From an uncultured delta proteobacterium (GTDB lineage: Bacteria; Desulfobacterota; Syntrophorhabdia; Syntrophorhabdales; WCHB1-27): 64,000 nt of DNA. The position numbers and the translations under genes were made by a program. Of the stretch, positions 60,551-64,000 are shown piece by piece. Location: contig CAWEPK010000008.1 in assembly GCA_963810935.1 (NCBI GenBank), forward strand, positions 512,001 to 576,000, given 5' to 3'. The notes beneath the pieces are model-generated. The model did no database searches, was not told the DNA's origin, and saw nothing but the letters and a program-made list of their open reading frames with translations. The first letter of the stretch is position 1. Each line of letters opens with the position of its first letter.

Positions 60551-61728
60551 CTTTTCCTTACTGAGAGCGCGCCCTTGATGCCCTTCACCGCCTGCTTTAT
60601 CCTGTGCTCGTTCTCTATGAGCGCGAACCTTACATATCCTTCGCCGTACTCACCGAACCCCCTGCCGGGCGACGTTGCTACCTTGGCCTCTGCAAGGAGC
60701 ATCTTCGAGAATTCGACGGAACCCATCGACTCGAACTGCGGGGGGATCTTAGCCCAGACGAACATCGTGGCCTTCGGCGGCTCGACGTGCCACCCGCACC
60801 GGTTGAGGCCATGGCAGAGGGCGTCCCTCCTTTTCCGGTATTCTTCGCTGATTTCGTGCACGCAGGAGTTCTCCCCGTTCAGGGCGATGATCGAGGCGAT
60901 CTGTATGGGCTGGAAGACGCCGTAGTCGAAATAGCTCTTGAGCCTGGTAAGGGCTGCGATCATCTGCTTGTTGCCGACCGCGAAACCCACCCTCCAGCCG
61001 GGCATCGAATAGCTTTTCGAAAGGGTGAAAAGCTCCACGCCCACGTCTTTGGCCCCTTTTACCTGGAGCAGGCTGGGGGCCGTGTAGCCGTCGAAGACGA
61101 GGTCCGCATAAGCGAGGTCGTGCGTCACCATCAGATTGTGCTCTTTGGCAAAAGCGACGATACGCTTGAAGAAAGCAAGATCGACTACCTCGGTGGTCGG
61201 GTTATTCGGAAAGCTGAGTATGAGCATCTTCGGCTGGGGCCAGGTGGTCTTGACCGCTATGGCCAGCCGCTCGATAAACCCGTCCAGGGGCAGAAGCGGT
61301 ATAGTCCGGAGGTCCCCGCCCGCTATCACGACCGAGTATGTATGTATGGGGTATGTGGGGTCCGGCACGAAGACTACGTCCCCCGTGTTGACGGTCGCCA
61401 GCACGAGGTGACCGATCCCCTCCTTGGCGCCCATCGTGACGATGGCCTCCGTCTCCGGGTCTATCGAAACCTTGTACCTCCGCCGGTACCAGTCGGAGAT
61501 CGCATTGCGCAGCTTGGGTATCCCCCGCGTCACTGAATAGCGGTGGTTCTTGGGGTTGGATGCGGCCTCGACCATCTTGGCGACTATGTGCTTCGGCGTC
61601 GCCATGTCGGGGTTGCCCATGCCTAAGTCTATGATGTCCTCTCCCTTGTGCCTGGCCTCGATGAGTAAATCCCTTACAATGTTAAACGTATACGGGGGCA
61701 GGCGGGAGATGCGGTTAAATTCGTCCAT
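60547..61728 (-). CDS. alaC: Class I/II PLP aminotransferase, AlaC-like
   Basis: [42 protein letters not shown] and KSYFDYG. Confidence 0.85.
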   Translation of the reverse strand: MDEFNRISRLPPYTFNIVRDLLIEARHKGEDIIDLGMGNPDMATPKHIVAKMVEAASNPKNHRYSVTRGIPKLRNAISDWYRRRYKVSIDPETEAIVTMGAKEGIGHLVLATVNTGDVVFVPDPTYPIHTYSVVIAGGDLRTIPLLPLDGFIERLAIAVKTTWPQPKMLILSFPNNPTTEVVDLAFFKRIVAFAKEHNLMVTHDLAYADLVFDGYTAPSLLQVKGAKDVGVELFTLSKSYSMPGWRVGFAVGNKQMIAALTRLKSYFDYGVFQPIQIASIIALNGENSCVHEISEEYRKRRDALCHGLNRCGWHVEPPKATMFVWAKIPPQFESMGSVEFSKMLLAEAKVATSPGRGFGEYGEGYVRFALIENEHRIKQAVKGIKGALSVRKR

Positions 61729-61859
61729 TGGATGAGAAATTAACATACATGACCACCTTAATCAACACATACCTTGTGGGTATGTATGAGCGGCTGACTC
61801 CTGTGCTGCAAACGGTTGAGGGCCACGTGCGGTTGCATACACCGCAACTAATAATTCCC

Positions 61860-61889
61860 TTGACAATCTCTTACTCCACCGGCTATGTT
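61860..61889 (+). promoter_or_regulatory. Possible sigma70 promoter for the TRAP permease genes
   Basis: TTGACA-N18-TATGTT about 30 nt upstream of the ATG. Confidence 0.4.
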
Positions 61890-61921
61890 GAATGGGCAAG
61901 CCAAACTTATGGGGGTAAGTT

Positions 61922-62407
61922 ATGGGGAATGGGTTAGTCAGCTTCATTTACCGTCTTAGCAGATTCATGCAGGTCATAGCCGGCATCGCGCTGGTGTTCA
62001 TGATGAGCCTCACCACGTGCGACGTCATCCTGCGCATATTCTCACGACCGATTATCGGCACTTACGAGATGGTTGCCTTTACCGGTGGGGTGGTAATAGG
62101 CTTCTCGCTACCGATTACGTCTTTCGTGAGAGGGCAGATCTTCGTAGATTTCTTCTACCAGAAATTCCCTAAGTTCTGGCAAAACGTTCTCAACGTGGCA
62201 ACACGCCTCATATCTATGGTTCTCTTCCTCTTTATCGGCGCGAACCTTATGATACTGGCCTCCGACATGGTAAAATCCGGCGAGGTATCCTTGACCCTGC
62301 AACTTCCGTTTTACCCGATTGCATACGGGATAGGCATCTCCTGCTTCGTACAGTGTCTGGTGCTGATAGGGGACCTGATAAAGATCGCAGGAGGCCAATA
62401 TGAATGA
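61922..62407 (+). CDS. TRAP transporter small permease DctQ
   Basis: Four TM helices; DVILR...PIIGTYE...GQIFVDF. Confidence 0.9.
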   Translation: MGNGLVSFIYRLSRFMQVIAGIALVFMMSLTTCDVILRIFSRPIIGTYEMVAFTGGVVIGFSLPITSFVRGQIFVDFFYQKFPKFWQNVLNVATRLISMVLFLFIGANLMILASDMVKSGEVSLTLQLPFYPIAYGIGISCFVQCLVLIGDLIKIAGGQYE

Positions 62408-63704
62408 AATAGCCGTAGGACTAATAGACCTTGGGCTCCTGCTGATCCTCTTCCTGACGGGCATCGAGCTAGGCTTCGCCATGGCCATCATGGGGTTCAT
62501 AGGCTTCGCATACCTCGTTTCCGTGCCGGCGGCGTTCAACCTGCTTGCCAAGGACACTTTCGACACCTTCGCGAGCTACGGGTTCACGGTCATCCCACTT
62601 TTCATCTTCATGGGGCAGATCGCCTTCAATGCAGGCATAGCGAAGAAGCTCTTCGACTCGGCCCATAAATTCCTGGGCCACATACCCGGCGGGCTCGCCA
62701 TAGCGACCGTGGCCGGGGCGACTATCTTCAAGGCCATCTGCGGCTCTTCACCAGCGACGGCCGCAACGTTTGCGTCGGTCGCCGTCCCGGAAATGGACCG
62801 CTTCGGCTACGCCCGGAAGCTCTCGACAGGCATCGTCGCCACCGTCGGCACACTGGGCATCCTTATACCGCCTTCCGTCACGCTGATCGTTTTCGGCGTC
62901 ATCACGGAGCAGTCGATCGGCAGGCTTTTCATGGCGGGCCTCATCCCCGGCCTTCTGATCGCCCTGTTCTTTATCTTTATCATCGTCGGCTGGGCGAAAA
63001 TGAACCCTGCCATAGCACCGAGGAGCCCTAAGTTTCCCTGGAACGAGCGCATCAAGTCCCTGCCCGCAGTCATGTGGCCGGTAATCATTTTTCTCGTCGT
63101 CATAGGCGGGCTCCTGAAAGGCTTCTTTACACCCACCGAGGCAGGCAGTGTAGGCACTGCGGCGGTGCTCGTCTTCGCACTTGCCCAGCGGAGCCTGGGC
63201 TGGAAGAACTTCATAAAGGCGGTCGATGAATCGCTGCGCACCGCGTGCATGGTGATCATCCTCATCGCCGGCTCGGCCATTCTGGGCCATTTCATCGCAG
63301 TGACCAATATCCCGTCGCTGGCCGCGGACTGGATCGCCGGCCTGCCGCTCCACCGCTACATCGTGATGATTATCATCGCGGTCTTCTATCTCCTCGGCGG
63401 TTCCTTTATCGACGACCTTGCCTTCATGATACTCGCGACGCCGATCTTTTACCCGGCCATCATCAAGCTGGGCTTCGACCCTATGTGGTTCGGCATTATG
63501 ATAGCGATCACCGTCATGGTGGGCGTCGTGATACCACCCGTTGCGATCAACGTCTTCGTGGTGAAGAACATAACGAAAACGCCGTTCAGCGTGATTTACG
63601 GAGGGGTCTATCCTTTCCTTCTGTCTCTGGCGTTCATGGGCATACTGCTCTTCATATTCCCGTCGATTGCGACGTGGCTGCCGAACCTGCTGTACCAAAA
63701 GTAA
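62400..63704 (+). CDS. TRAP transporter large permease DctM
   Basis: IPLFIFMG, GSSPAT, GTLGILIPPS, FTPTEAG and PPVAINVFV. Confidence 0.93.
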   Translation: MNEIAVGLIDLGLLLILFLTGIELGFAMAIMGFIGFAYLVSVPAAFNLLAKDTFDTFASYGFTVIPLFIFMGQIAFNAGIAKKLFDSAHKFLGHIPGGLAIATVAGATIFKAICGSSPATAATFASVAVPEMDRFGYARKLSTGIVATVGTLGILIPPSVTLIVFGVITEQSIGRLFMAGLIPGLLIALFFIFIIVGWAKMNPAIAPRSPKFPWNERIKSLPAVMWPVIIFLVVIGGLLKGFFTPTEAGSVGTAAVLVFALAQRSLGWKNFIKAVDESLRTACMVIILIAGSAILGHFIAVTNIPSLAADWIAGLPLHRYIVMIIIAVFYLLGGSFIDDLAFMILATPIFYPAIIKLGFDPMWFGIMIAITVMVGVVIPPVAINVFVVKNITKTPFSVIYGGVYPFLLSLAFMGILLFIFPSIATWLPNLLYQK

Positions 63705-63724
63705 GGGTATTATAAAGGAAAAAT

Positions 63725-63769
63725 AACCGGTCCGGGACAAGGCTGCAAAGCCTGCGTCCGGGACCGGTT
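63725..63769. terminator. Long hairpin between convergent genes
   Basis: AACCGGTCC...GGAC-A-AGGCT-GCAA-AGCCT-GC-GTCC...GGACCGGTT. Confidence 0.6.
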
Positions 63770-63783
63770 TGTTACTGGAGGCG

Positions 63784-64000
63784 TTATTGCAGCGAGACGT
63801 AGAACGTCGTGTTCCCCCTCTTGACGAGGATGAGGACTGTCGCCCCCTTCCCCGCTTTCGATACCGATGCCCTGTATTCGTCAAGCTTCCTTATCGGGCG
63901 GCGGTTCACTTCCTTGATGATATCGCCCGGCTCTATGCCCGCCTCGTCCGCAGCACTGCCCTTGGCAACGTCGAGGACGATCACGCCCGTCTTCTCAACA
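63784..64000 (-). CDS. DegP/DegQ (HtrA) serine protease, C-terminal PDZ domain only (partial)
   Basis: GVIVLDVAKGSAADEAGIEPGDIIKEVNRRPI...LVKRGNTTFYV. Confidence 0.8.
   Translation of the reverse strand, partial: VEKTGVIVLDVAKGSAADEAGIEPGDIIKEVNRRPIRKLDEYRASVSKAGKGATVLILVKRGNTTFYVSLQ

Overview
Bacterial genomic window, GC-rich, from an anaerobic diderm. The pyrG-kdsA-kdsD-lptC/A-lptB-rpoN-hpf-ptsN-hprK-rapZ-EIIA-HPr-EI-metK-ahcY order and the Hdr/Mvh/AOR/Bam-like genes point to a deltaproteobacterial (Desulfobacterota) lineage, possibly a syntrophic aromatic degrader; this is inference only. The left half (1-31.5 kb) is an accessory catabolic region. It holds two Mo-hydroxylase units with transporters and a secreted beta-helix protein. 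It also holds a roughly 19-kb, 16-gene minus-strand operon (28794 to 9827) divergent from a LysR gene. That operon encodes two phytoene-dehydrogenase-family (COG1233) flavoproteins with a small partner, a DUF89 phosphatase, an SDR, a split phenylphosphate-synthase-like kinase pair, a tandem NIPSNAP-like protein, UPF0261/Tm-1-like ATP-binding proteins (three in the region), a transglutaminase-like protein, and a tungsten AOR-family enzyme wired to BamC/D/E/F-like (HdrA/HdrBC/MvhD) modules. It is the best candidate for an undescribed system: possibly an anaerobic phosphorylate-oxidise-dephosphorylate pathway coupled to flavin-based electron bifurcation. The right half is mostly core genome: SRP RNA, dnaX-ebfC-recR, hypABFCDE, an exosortase-type surface protein with a long structured leader, the SAM cycle, a regulatory PTS, rpoN, an apparent natural LptC-LptA fusion, Kdo/CTP/homoserine genes, TRAP permeases and a partial DegP. 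Seven clear single-base frameshifts (plus one probable), including in rpoN and recR, suggest consensus sequencing errors rather than real pseudogenes. No CRISPR array, tRNA, rRNA or transposase was seen.
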